Origin: Heteronotia binoei
Taxonomy: Eukaryota
DNA length: 64,000 nt
Reading direction: 5' to 3'
Assembly: GCF_032191835.1 (NCBI RefSeq)
Contig: NC_083232.1
Coordinates: 34,596,001 to 34,660,000, forward strand
Positions 36,830 to 48,700 of this stretch are shown in pieces; position 1 is the first letter of the stretch; each line of letters begins with the position of its first letter. The notes beneath the pieces are model-generated. The model made no database searches, was not told where the DNA came from, and was given only the letters and a program-made list of their open reading frames with translations. The position numbers and the translations under genes were made by a program.

Positions 36830-37320
36830 ATCTCCACAGTCTAGCTGGCCTTGTACCAGTGGGGAGAGCAGTAGCCCAGGTGATTCCTGCCCGGGTGATT
36901 CCTGCCCCGAGAGCGTTAGGTTGTCCGGGCACGGCGAAGCGGCGCTTTTTCCTCCCTCCCTCTCTTTCCTCCTCCAGAAGGTTCCGCGCCGGTTTCTTCG
37001 CTCGCCTCGTCGCGAAGATGATGGGCCCATGCCCTGTCCTCATGCTCAGTGAGTCGGGGGGGAGGAGGGGAGGGAAAGTCCCTTGACTGTACTCGGTGTC
37101 CTAGATTCTTCCCTACTGCTTTGGCTTCACCGCCAAATGTGCATGGAGAGCCCGCCCTGAAACCGCTAAATATTCCCTGTCATTATCTGCTTCGCTCATT
37201 TTTCCCAAGCGTATATTGAGAACTTGTGCGCAGGGTACGGGGGCATCTCCCCGTGCTTTTTCCTACCAGCATGATCCAAAGGACACCCCAGCATGCTTCA
37301 ATTCGAGTCGTGGTTGGAAA
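36830..37320. promoter_or_regulatory. CpG island / promoter-like region, no gene assigned
   Basis: Dense CpGs in unique sequence (ccgcgccgg, tcgctcgcctcgtcgcg), purine/pyrimidine tracts, and a GTGAGT donor-like site at 37049. Confidence 0.7.
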
Positions 37321-37374
37321 CTGCTAATATTGCTCCCCTATAGAGAGCTCTTACGATTTCCTCCCTTGTAGATA

Positions 37375-37533
37375 AATCCAGGAGAGCAGCCTTGTTGGTC
37401 TGAAGCAGCAGAACAAAGCAGAGTCAAGTAGCACCTTTAAGACCAACAAAATGTTATTGAGAATATAAGCTTTCAGGTGCTTTAAGCTTACATTCCGAAT
37501 AAAACTTCGTTGGTCTTAAAGGTGCTACTTGAC
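37375..37533. mobile_element. Penelope-like terminal fragment in inverted arrangement
   Basis: Perfect 25-bp inverted arms at 37423-37447 and 37509-37533. Same family as 4454-4597. Confidence 0.6.
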
Positions 37534-37687
37534 GGCTTCGTTCAGTTTTCTCCCTTGTGTGTGTTTCCCTGTCCTTGCACCCTCTTACATGCTTGTGAGT
37601 TTCCCTTCTTCTTTGTGCTGTGCCCCGTTGCCTTTTAGGTACAGTCCTCTCTGCACTTTGTTCAAGCCCCTTTTATATGGCCCAGTT

Positions 37688-38037
37688 TGATTGATCCGCG
37701 GGTATCTGGGGCTCTGAGGGGCCGTTTTGGGGGGTAGAGGCACTAAATTTTCAGCATAGCATCTAGTGCCTCTCCCCAAAGTACCCCCCAAGTTTCAAAA
37801 AGATTGGACCAGGGGGTCCAATTCTATGAGCACCCAAAGAAGGTGCCCCTATCCTTCATTATTTCCTATGGAAGGAAGGCATTGAAAAGGTGTGCCGTCC
37901 CTTTAAATGTGATGGCCAGAACTCCCTTTGGAGTTCAATTATGCTTGTCACAGCCTGATCTTGGCTCCACCCCTAATGTCTCCTGGCTCCACCCCCAAAG
38001 TCCCCAGATATTTCTTGAATTGGACTTGGCAACCCTA
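37688..38037 (-). mobile_element. Truncated copy of the GGGTTGCC-terminus element
   Basis: Reverse-complement match to 7733 to about 8060. Ends in ggcaaccc-ta. Confidence 0.8.
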
Positions 38038-38072
38038 TTGGAAGGGAACATTAAACTACTAAAGCAGGCTTT

Positions 38073-39829
38073 GGCCTAGCCTCCCTCCATCCCCTCCTCC
38101 CTTCCAGAGTTAAACCAGTGCCTCTAGGGGGAAAGCCTCCTAGAGGGGCAGGAAGTTCTTTAGCCTTCCCCTTGTGAGGAAAAAGCCCCCTTTTCCCCGA
38201 ACATCATAGTCACCAGTATGGTTGCCAGGGCGCCTGGAGAAGTGAGCTCACACACGTCTGGCCAGAGAGTGTGAGCAAAGCCATCCAGGAACTTAAAGGG
38301 ACTCATGTGTATAAACAGCCTAAGTTTGCAGGCATTCTAAACCGGTATAGAGTGCTTGCCAACGTGCACGGACGTTTCCCCGTCACTGCGTGGGTCCGCC
38401 ATGGTAGGGAAGATAATCCCATTTAACCTTAAGTATCCAGCCATTCTCATTCTTACCCCAGTCTAACACCTTGGAGCCGCCTTAGGCCATATTGCAACCT
38501 GGAAATTTCCAGGTTCACAGGACTAAGGTGAAGTTCATTGGTCAAAGCAGGCACCCAATTAGGGGTCACCAAGGGACTCACCATTGGCTCTGCTAATGTC
38601 CAGCCTTCATGGTCATCACAGAGCCTCCCATTTCTCCTCCCTCCTCCCTCCCAGCCCCTGAAGGGTCTAAGGGAGCCTATTTAACCTCTGACCCAACTCC
38701 ACTCATGTGTGCTTCTATCAGCAACCCACATTCCGCTGCATAGATCCATCCCCGATTCCTGATCAGTTTCGGGTCCTCCCCCATTCCCTCAACTGTCGCC
38801 ACCGGAGCCTTCCTTGAAGACGAGAGGTAATATCGCCCTGTCCGTCTACCCTTATATGTTCCCCTATCAATCTATCTGTATTTTCTTAGGACTGTGTGAA
38901 TGTGTGATTGTATTTTTATCTTGTATGAAAGAACTATATTTTTCACAATAAATTACAATTGGTTTTATTAAAATTAGAATCCTTTTATTCAGCATCACCC
39001 TCTGGATGGTTGAGCCTTGTATACATTTGGTAAAAAGATTCCTAGTGAGGCAGGTGCCCACCTAAGTAATTCCCCAACCTCATTTTGAGGGCATTTTGGC
39101 TAACACCCTCATTGCCTCCCCCCTTCTGGAGTTAAACCAGCAACTCTAGGGGGAAAGCCTCCTAGGGGGGCAGGAAGTTCTTTTGTTTTATTTAGTTGAG
39201 TTAGGCGGGAAAAGGGGAGTTTTTCAGCGGGCGCTGAAGGCGAAAGGTTGGTAGCCTGGGCTCCTGCCTGTGGGGGTGGCCCAAAGGCCGTCATTCAAAA
39301 GGTAGGGCCAGTTTACACCAGGGATGAGCAGATGCGTTTAAATCCACCTTTATTTGTCCTCTGGTTGCTATTCAGGTGCTGTGCTAAACTTTTACATGTA
39401 ACTGTTTTTGTTTTTTTATTTTCTTTCTCTTCTTATTAAACATTTTTTTTCTGTTTTGAATGCTGGCAGTCAAACTCTGTACCACATAGATCCCGACCGC
39501 TTAGACCACGCTGCTTTATGAAGGGGGCCCCGGGGAAGGGGGAAGGCATGCAGTTGGATAAGGTGCCAATCCTCCAGGGGTTCCCCGAAGAAGTGCTGTG
39601 GTCTCTGTGATACCCAAGTACAGGGTGGAAGAGGACCTTGAGGCCTGGCCTCATAGCTGGAGAGGGGGATTGGGAGTCCTGTTCCTCTCAATCTGAACCC
39701 CTAGACTGAGCAGGTGGTGGCAGCGAGCCCAAGTGGCCGGAGGAGAAATAGCTCCCTCCAGGAGTTGGCGACTCAATAGGGAGTTGACGGGACCGGGTCT
39801 GAAGGCAGAATCGGGCCGGTTCCGTCACA
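38073..39829 (+). mobile_element. Older LTR-like host element split by the 38173-39105 LTR
   Basis: The same 60-bp motif (gagttaaaccag..ctctagggggaaagcctcctag..ggcaggaagttctt) lies on both sides of the insert. ATTAAA at 39435, ends ..ccgtcaca, possible TSD gctt (38069-38072 and 39830-39833). The left end is tentative. Confidence 0.55.
38173..39105 (+). mobile_element. Solo LTR (933 bp)
   Basis: TGT...ACA ends, 4-bp TSD ccct (38169-38172 and 39106-39109), CCAAT boxes at about 38537-38590, TATA-like tatttaa at 38678, AATAAA at 38947. Confidence 0.85.
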
Positions 39830-40103
39830 GCTTGCAACCCCTAAGAACAATCCTTCTGACATCAATGGAAGCTAAAGAGATGGTTTGGAGGTTGGTAGGG
39901 CTCATATATTTTTTTTCTCTGGAAAACCCTACAGGGTTGCCATGAGTTGTCTGCAATTTAACAGGCACCTTCCACCACCATGACCACTAGTGAAAGCATT
40001 CTAGCAATTATTTAGCACATGGCTGACACGATGGCTGTACTTCTCATAGAATCTTCAGTCTCATGCACTATATATCTCCAAGCATATGTATTTTACCCCT
40101 CAC

Positions 40104-40210
40104 CTGGGGTTTTTTGGAGAAAAATCCTGGTAGGAACTCATTTGCATATTAGGCCACACCCCCAGGTACCAAGCCTGCCGGAACTGCATTCCTGCTTGAA
40201 AAAAGCCCTG
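40104..40210. mobile_element. hAT MITE (octamer-bearing family)
   Basis: Ends aaaaagccctg. TSD cccctcac/ctcctcac (7/8). Confidence 0.8.
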
Positions 40211-40419
40211 CTCCTCACATTGTTTATTTTCCACAGATTTTGGTGTCCCACTTAATACTGTGTAAATGCATGGAGTCTCCTTGCAAATTTTCTTTTAAAA
40301 TAAATTTTCTGAGACAGCTTCGAGAGGGGATTGGATAAACATATAGAGAAGAGGTCCATCAATGGCTATCATTGGAACGCTCTGTCTGGGGCAGTGATGC
40401 TTTGTATTCTTGGTGCTGG

Positions 40420-40575
40420 GGGGGGGGGCAACAGTGGGAGGGCTTCGAGTCTCCTTGCCCCACTGATGGACCTCCTGATGGCACCTGGTTTTTTTGGCCA
40501 CTGTGTGACACAGAATGTTGGACTGGGTGGGCCATTGGCCTGATCCAACATGGCTTCTCTTATGTTCTTATGTGA
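40420..40575 (+). mobile_element. CR1 3' UTR fragment
   Basis: Ends cttctcttatgttcttatg. Reverse of 28187-28310. Confidence 0.7.
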
Positions 40576-42449
40576 GAGATTGCATGCCGGGAGGGGAATA
40601 TATAAGCCTGGCCATAACAACTTTTGCCTGAACTTAAACAGAACAATCCAAACACAAAAAGAAGGCAGAGATGCCCACCTTTGTCTAGAAACACAAATGC
40701 TGTAAGCAACCTTTTCGTGCTTCTTGAGTAGTATCAAGGTTGCTTCCGCACAGGGAATTCTCCCTGTGACTGGCTGCTGGATGGCCATGGTTTTGCAGGA
40801 GGCTTCATACACTATATGCTCATTCTAAGCATGACTTGTGAGGCTCTTGTACTTTCCACCTCTGAGCTGAAGCAAAAATACCCCCAACAACCCAGCTTTG
40901 TACACAAAGGGAAAACTGCAGGACGGTTATGGGCTGAGCAACTGTGCAGATACTGTTTCTGCAACACACCTGAGTGAAGGCAGTGCTAAGCTTGGCTTTC
41001 AAAATTGTGGAACTAGGCTCCATGCCCACCTTCCAGCCATTTGATGCCTTTTTTCTTTCTCAGTTGTGCTGTGGTGTAGCTGTGAAGGGGGGAAGATGGA
41101 TTCTGACTTTAGTTTAGACTCTACTGCATTCATTTCTGGTCTCTTGCACTGATCTGTCAGAAAGCCAAGAGAAACTATTAATAAATGCCACCTTCTGACA
41201 CACCCATCCACCAGCAGTGAAGCTAGCACAGGGGAGATCCTTGACTATACAGTCGGAGAATCAAGGTCACCCTCTGCTCCCCAACATGCTTTTCAAGTCC
41301 TAATATGCATCCCCTAATTTGATCTTTTGTTAAGTATACACAATGGTAATAGTCTAATTGGTATTCACACTAACTCAAATTATAGGTCTGAATGCAGCAT
41401 GTCGTTGCTTATGCCAACCCTGATATTATTTATGCACTGTTTAAAAGAAAATAAGAAACTATTGATTTTTGTACAATAGAGTGAATACTGGCAGTGACCC
41501 TGATATCCGTATTGGATTGCCTTGGGATTTTTAAATACATTTGAGAATGCCAGAGAGAAACTGTGTAGCTTCCACAGGCATTTCATGCAATTCTAAAGGG
41601 CGGGGGAGCCATAAGCAATACTCCAGCTCTCTGTTTTGAAAAAGATTTATTGACTGTAATTCTGATAAGTTCTTCGTTTCCTGGTGAGAAATGTTACAAT
41701 GGCCTACATTCCTTCCTGATCTAGTTTCCATACAACAATTAAACACTATGGGGACATTGTTCAATTGCCACTAAGTACTCTCACTGTGTTTGCCCCGACC
41801 AATTGGATATGGTTGAAACAGCAGACTGTGTGTTATTGTGTTGTCCTTTGTGCACAGACATGGAGGGTCTATACATAACTCTAATGACCAGGGGTCCCCA
41901 ACGTAGTGCCTGCGGGTGTCAGGGCACCCACCACCACCTTTTCTGGTGCCCACCAAGTGTTTGTAGGAAGTGGGGCTTTTGTCAGGCAAGGCATATGATT
42001 GACTATTGAAGATTTGACTGCCTGGCAGCAGCTGCTACCGCAACACAAGGCTCAATGCTGTGTGACTGAAGCTGTGGCAATCGTTTTGTGGCTGGCTCTT
42101 CCTCCTACCAATTTGTGGCAGCCATTTTGTTGATGTTAATGTCATGTCAGAATTCCAAATCTGCTCACTGGCTCAAAAAGCTCTAATCTTATTTAATTTT
42201 ATATATTCCCTCCTTCTTCCAGATCACACTAATAAACCATCTTTAAGATGGCCACATTTTGTACCTTGGCATGTTCAACAAAGAAGCACCTGTTGAAATC
42301 AGCCTATTATGTGGCTTCAGCATTTTATTGTACGTAGATGTCCTGATGACTCCATCTGTGTGTCAATCTTGATCTATGATCATAACAAATATTGATCGAA
42401 TTGCCACTAAGAAAGCCATCCTCATATCAACCCTCGTTGATGATGTAAC

Positions 42450-42690
42450 AAAGAAGAGTTGGTTTTATACTCCACCATCCACTGCCAAAAGAATCTCAAA
42501 GCTGTTTACAGTTGCCTTCCCTTCCTCTCCCCACAAGACATCCTGTGAGGTAAGTGGAACTGAGAGAGCTCAGAGAGAACTGTGACACCCAAAGTCACAC
42601 AGCTGGCTTCATGTGGAGAAGGAGTAGGGAATCAAACCCAGTTCTTCAGATCAGAATCTGCTGCTCTTAACCACTACACCACACTGGCTG
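42450..42690 (-). mobile_element. tRNA-derived SINE (Squam3-type)
   Basis: Reverse-complement head cttaaccactacaccacactggc, with core and tail. Confidence 0.8.
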
Positions 42691-43039
42691 TCAAAACTGG
42701 CTGTATGTATTTGCAGTCATACACTTTTCCTCAGCAGCATATTATTTCCAAGAAAGTGTGTCATTTCTTACATATTTAACATGGTAGTGACCTACAGGAA
42801 GGCAACAGCAAACCATCTCTGAACGGCTCTTGCCTTGAAAAACACACAAAGTCACCATCAGTCAGCTGACTTGACAGCACTTTCCATCTCTGAAGTGCTT
42901 AGCATGAAGCTGCCTTATACCGAATCAGACCATTGGGCCATCATAGCATTGCCTACTCAGACTGGCAGTGGCTTTCCAGGGTTTCAAGTGGAAGTCTTTC
43001 AGGACACTATTGCCAGATTTTTTTTGTATTTCTATGTGT

Positions 43040-43255
43040 GCATATATGTATGCACCTAGAAGTCACGGTGACCTCTGGTGACTGACCTCTACTGGGGGCT
43101 CGGTGGATATTCATGGAGGTGATTGAATAAAACCTGCTCCTGCCTCCCAACTTCTGGCATTCCAAGGAGGTCTCCCATCTAAGCACTTGCCAGAGTTGAC
43201 CCTGCTTAGCTTCCAAGATCTGACGAGATTGGGTTTCCTGGGCTATCCAGGTCAG
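43040..43255 (-). mobile_element. 5S rRNA-derived SINE
   Basis: Reverse complement of the 21578-21810 type (ggtctcccatctaagcac...ccctgcttagcttccaagatctgacgagat). Confidence 0.7.
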
Positions 43256-44554
43256 GGAACTATCTGATCTCTTTAACAGGCACTGCCAGGGACAGAATAT
43301 GGTACCTTCTGCATGCCAAGCAGATGCTGAAACACTGAGCCTTAGCCCATCCCATTCCTCAAATTACACCCTGACAACCTACAGTGCAATTCTAAGAACA
43401 CTTTCTTGGGAGTAAGCCCCACTGAGTAGATTCTGTAGAGACCTTTTTAGGATTGCACTATTGGCATACATATTTCTGCATACAGAAGTTCCTCAAATAA
43501 TCTGTGTCAATTTAACTGCAGAAACAGCCACTGATGGGTGGGAAAATATATTCCATCCTATTACACAACCTGTCAGTTGCAATCCCATTATATAAGCTTT
43601 CCTATGCCATGATTGTAGAGCTGTGCAAATGGAAGTAAGCGTATGGTGATTTATGCACATTTCAAATGTGTTCATTTCCACCCAACCGCAGTCCCTTGCC
43701 TCCTAGTTGTTCCTAAGAACTATGAAGATGTTCCTACCCGGTTTCTCAGTGGGAATTTTTGTTATTTCTTTATGGGTATAAATTACTGGGACACTCTCCC
43801 AGAACAAATGACATACAATCCAGTTGTGCCAATCCAAACAGCCATTCCAAGGTTGCTTGCATAGAACTCCCTGGTAGAGATTTAGCTATCCAGTCAGTGT
43901 TAAGCTCTTTTAAGTGTGTGCATTTATGGGAGATGCGCATGTTTGCTGAGAAGCTGCCGAATGCACTCCAAGACAAGTGTATGTAGCATCTGCTTAAATC
44001 TCAGTAAAGACGATGGAATTTCAAAGTACATGATTTTGGCAGGATCGTGCCTTAAGATTCCCCTCACCTATCCAGCCACCACACCTGAAGGGTTTATATC
44101 AGGGAAGCTTAGAGCAAAAATAAAGGTAGGAGAGAACCAGCAAAGCATTAGCAGACGCCACATTCTTTTAGAAATTGAGTGCTTGCCTTAGTGGGAGACA
44201 CTTCTGCTCCCTGGAAGGGGCTCATTTCCAGCTGTAATCTCCCATACTGCATCTTGCACTATTCTTAAAGGTCTCCTGCTGCTCAGGGGCAGCTTTCCAG
44301 GGGCTGCAGTAGAAAGCAGGATGCAGGGAAACACCCACCCCAGAGCCTAGATTGAACTCGTTATGGTTAGCCCCAACAAAGCCATCAGGAAATATCTAGC
44401 TGCAACCAATTTTACCCCACATTCTACCCTGCTCCCACCTTCCAGCCAAAAGTATTTCAAAGACCAAGAAGTCCACTAGGAACAGCCTATTTCCTGAACC
44501 AAACAGCCAAAATCCTTGAGCATCACTTGGTGGTTGATGCCCGAGTGTCCTGAT

Positions 44555-44661
44555 CAGGGGTGGCATTCTAGCAGGCTTTTATGTAAGCTCTTGGAGAATT
44601 GGCTACATCAGGAGTGTGTGGCCTAATATGCAAAGAAGCTCCTGCTAGAATTCCACCCCTG
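44555..44661. mobile_element. hAT MITE
   Basis: TIRs caggggtgg.attctagcagg. Perfect 8-bp TSD gtcctgat. Confidence 0.9.
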
Positions 44662-44982
44662 GTCCTGATGTTCACAAAGCCTCATGCTGGACCTGTGCCA
44701 GCTGGACTGTGTTGCTGTGGAGCTTTCTTCTTCCAAAACCACCACACTTACAGGCTGTAACAGTTTGCGTGACTGCTGGGAATTGTGGGGCTTCTTCCCC
44801 CTTCTTCTCACACAGTGGCATTAAAATGACTCACCTTCTTCAGGATCTGTCAAGCTTCTTGACTGCATGGAGACTTTCTGCATCCAGCTGCTCAGCAGTG
44901 CGGACGCACACCACTGCACCCATGTGACTGCCCTCATCCCAACGACTAACCCAGCTGTACAATTCCTCCTTAAGTTTGGTGT

Positions 44983-45595
44983 ACTGGTTAAGTACCTGGA
45001 CTCTCATCTTGGAGAACTGAGTTTGAGTCCCCATTCTTCCACATGGAGCTGCTGGAGTGACCTTGGGTCAGCCACAAGTTCTCAGCAGAGCTGTTATTTC
45101 AAGAATAGTTTCTTGGCTGAGAGGTGATATGATCACCATCTTCAAGTACTTGAAGGGCTGCCATATAGAGGATGGCGCAGAATTGTTTTCTGTGGCCCCA
45201 TAAGGTAGGACCAGAACCAACAGGTTGAAATTAAATCAAAAGAGTCTCCGGCTCAACATTAGGAAGAACTTCCTGAAAGAGAGTGGAACCTCAGTGGAAC
45301 AGGCTTCCTCAGGTGGTGGGTTTTTAAACAGGGGTAAATGGCCTTCTGACAGCAATGCGGATCCTGTGAATTTAGGGGGAGGTATCTGTGAATTTCCTGC
45401 AATGTGCAGGGGGTTGGACTAGATTACCCTGGTGGTCCCTTCCAACTCTATGATTCTATGATTGTCAGAGTTCTCTCAGCCATATCTACCTCACAGGATG
45501 TCTGCTATGGGGAGGGGAGGGGAAGGGAAAGGAGATTGTAAACTGCTCTGAGACTCCCGAGTGAAGGGCGGGGTATAAATCCAATCTCTGCTGAT
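44983..45595 (+). mobile_element. Squam3-type SINE interrupted by a CR1 3' fragment (about 45116-45463)
   Basis: The SINE 5' half stops at ..aatagtttct. A CR1 piece follows (MKLNQKSLRLNIRKNFL; tail ctatgattctatgat), then the SINE resumes at tgtcagagttctctcagcc. Confidence 0.8.
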
Positions 45596-45968
45596 TCTGC
45601 TAATTTAAGATTAGTTTAGAAAACAAGTGAGAATCAAGGCTGTGCTGGAGATGTTAAGGCTTATGCAGAGCCTACTGAGAGTAATATTACCCCTTCCAAA
45701 TACCCTTTCACTTCCACACATTATGGATGCTCAGGCAAGCACTGGAATAATATAAACACAATAAGATGACAGTTTAAGAAAATGGAAGTATATTGTTTCT
45801 TCTTGGTACTACATGCAGAGTTTAATTTTGTTTCATCAGGTGTCATCACCTAGAGTGACTCCAAGTTTGCCAGGATCTGATTTTTTTCCTTGAAACCATT
45901 ATCTTCTTGGGAGTTAAGAAAGAGTCAAAAGAAGCATTCAGAAACATCAAGCAAAATTCACTGCAATG

Positions 45969-45980
45969 TTTATTTTTATT
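45969..45980 (-). terminator. SPAG6: Candidate SPAG6 polyadenylation signals (two adjacent AATAAA)
   Basis: The minus strand reads aaaAATAAAAATAAAcattg about 740 nt after the stop codon, followed by a U/GU-rich tract. An ATTAAA at 46397-46402 is an alternative. Confidence 0.4.
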
Positions 45981-46717
45981 TTAACTACTTACCAATCTTT
46001 ACCAGCGGTCTATTACCCAGACAGAAGTTCTCCTGAAATCCACTCCTAAAAATTACTGAGAGTTGCAGCTGTCTCATCAAAGTTACATAGAGTAGAAGAT
46101 GTCCCATTAGCTGGATGCTAAAAAATCGAATGGCCATTAATTCAAAGGGTTTTACAGTCACATGTTAGTTGTTCAGGGTGTCTGAGATAGTTCTGCGGTG
46201 GAAGCCGCAGCAGCAGCCAATCAAAAAAATGGGAGAGTGAAGGGCACAGTCCACTGCTCATCTGCATGTTTGGAGACAGTTCCTGCTTTCTCAAACTGAA
46301 CTGCAAACTGCACCTCCATGCAAATACCATTGTGTTGAATGAGAATTATGCTGTTTCAGACTAACATACTAACATTCTGATCTGCTGGAACAACTTTTTA
46401 ATCTCAAGCATCTAATTGATAATTTCTCTGAAGACTGCAGGACTAGTACATTCAGAAAAGGAGGTGAATTCTGCATTTTCAAGTCCTCAAGGAATTCTGA
46501 GAAATGTAGACCTCTGAATACACAGACACACAACAGTCTTGGATCGTAGAAAAACTAAGTGCGGCTTGCAGAAGAGAAGGGTGTTATCCTCCTGTTATAA
46601 CTGGACAGGACAGAAGGCTAACTATCCCATAGACTAGAGTTTCCCAAACTATATAAGCCTCAAAAATACAGGTAGGGAATAGAGGAAAAAATATTCAAGT
46701 CATAAATGCTGAAAAGT

Positions 46718-46784
46718 TTATAGAATGGGCTGATAATTTTCTATCCTTTCCAGAAGAGCTTCAGAATATCCAGGGGAATAGTAC
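46718..46784 (-). CDS. SPAG6: SPAG6 last coding exon: (R)YYSPGYSEALLERIENYQPIL*
   Basis: Matches the SPAG6 C-terminus (YYSPGYSDTLLQRVDSYQP..). Acceptor tgtttctcttccAG. The first base completes the AG|G Arg codon. TAA stop at 46718-46720. Confidence 0.95.
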
Positions 46785-47367
46785 CTGGAAGAGAAACAAG
46801 CGTTCCTTGATTAAAAACAAACCTCATCATGAAAAATATCAAAGCTGCAATCTAGCAGAGAACAAGGCCCACTTAAGCCCCGCATTGCTGGACAGTGGCC
46901 AACGATGGCCTGAGACATAGATTGATATATTTATGAGGAATAAATTAAAGAGGCCCAGAGACTGTCTGACATAATGATGCAATTATCCACCAATTGAGCC
47001 TTGATGTCATGATTTCCAGGTGCCTGAGATGCCTCCCTACTTGTATCCTTAGGCTGGAACAAAGTAAGGGTTTAGGGCCAGGTTCTTAAAGTGGCAGGTG
47101 CAACATGGCAAAGGCCTTTTGGGATAGGGATGCCAACCTCCAGGTGGGGCCTGGGGAGCCTATGGAATTACAGTTCATCTCCAGACTACAGAGATTAGTT
47201 CCTCTGGAGAAGAGGGATGCTTTGGAGGGTGGACTCTGTGCTGTACTAAGGTCCCTGTCCTCCCCAGGCTCCATCCCCAAGTCTCCAGGAGTTTCCTGAC
47301 CTGGATCTGGCAACTCTACTTCCCCCCACAACACCAGTGAACAGAGAGGATCTGGCAACTCTATTTT

Positions 47368-47805
47368 GGGCCCCGTGGCAGAGTGTTAAAGCTGCAGTAC
47401 TGCAGTCCTAAGCTCTGCTCACAACCTGAGTTCAATATTTGGCGGAAGCTGGGTTTTCAGGTAGCCGGCTCGAGGTTGACTCAGCCTTCCATCCTTCCGA
47501 GGTTGGTAAAATGAGTACCCAGCTTGCTGGGGGGAAAGTGTAGATGACTGGGGAAAGCAATGGCAAACCACCCCATAAAAAGTCTGCTGTGAAAACATTG
47601 TGAAAGCAATGTCACCTCAGAGTCAGAAACGACTGGTGCTTGCACAGGGGACCTTTCCTTTTTTTATGTGCACCTTTATTTATTGACTGGGGAAGGCAAT
47701 GGCAAACCACCCTGTAAAAAAGTCTGCCGTGAAAACGTCATGATGCGACGTCACCCCAGAGTCGGAAACGACTGGTGCTTGCACAGGGAACCTTTCTTTC
47801 CTTAT
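47368..47805 (+). mobile_element. Sauria SINE (Squam1) followed by a second 3'-end copy
   Basis: Diagnostic ggttgactcagccttccatccttccgagg..ggtaaaatgagtacccagcttgctgggggg and the ggcaatggcaaaccacc tail. The tail is repeated at about 47685-47805. Confidence 0.9.
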
Positions 47806-48479
47806 TTACTGAAGGCCTTTCTTTTCCCAACTCAAGGGAACTACATCAGCCCCTAACCATCAGTACATGGCCATACGACACTGACTTGCCTTGACTGAGA
47901 ATGTCACAGCAATTGGAGCAGTTCCCTATCCACGTTTTTTGAAAAATACTCCCCTGAAATCTTTCAGTGAATTTGAGAAAAGCAGAGGAAATATGATCCT
48001 CCTCCTTCGTTTTTATCTGGTTGGAAAAAGTAATGCCAAGCTACTATTTGATGCATTTTGATCCTCCTTCAGCAATTACAAAAAATTAGTATGCATTTCT
48101 TTTCCTGATTTCTCTACTTGTCCAATACCTATGGATATATGAAAACTGCATTCTGATTGGGTTTAATGTTTATAAAGAAGATGCTATCTCCGTGCTTGAC
48201 TTGGAGAACAGAATCAATCTAGAAAGTTGTTTTCATGTTGCTAATCTCTCTGCAGGAAAAAAACTTGGGGAATTGGATTGCATTAGATATTGATCAAATA
48301 TTAGCTTTTCCCTACTTCTGGCATCTCCCCCCCCGCACTGTGTGATACAGCTCTCTCACTGGGTTGTAACTCTTTATTAGTGCCCCAGGCTCAGGCCTGA
48401 GCAAAGCTGACACATAAAGACAGTTTACATGGGTACTGTGCATCTGACATCCCCCCCCCACCCTGGTCATTGTAGTTTA

Positions 48480-48700
48480 GATCTTAAGAACACAAGAGGT
48501 ACTATGTTAGATCAGGGCAGTGGTCCATCTAGCCCAAGATCCTTTATCATAGTGGCCAACCAGTTGCCCTGGAGGGCCAAAAAACAGAGCATAGAGGCCA
48601 AGGACCTTCCCCGATGCTGATATCCAGGTGCCCACTTCCTCTGGGTATGGAGGTTCTTTAACAAGATGGATTGCACATGCTTCCCCACTGGGAACAATCC
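48480..48700 (-). mobile_element. CR1 3' fragment
   Basis: taagaacacaagagg...gatcagggcagtggtccatctag. Homologous to other CR1 tails in the window. Confidence 0.65.

Noticed and set aside
1-45900. PIP4K2A exons expected from synteny
   Set aside because: No segment translating to PIP4K2A sequence was found. The gene presumably ends outside the window.
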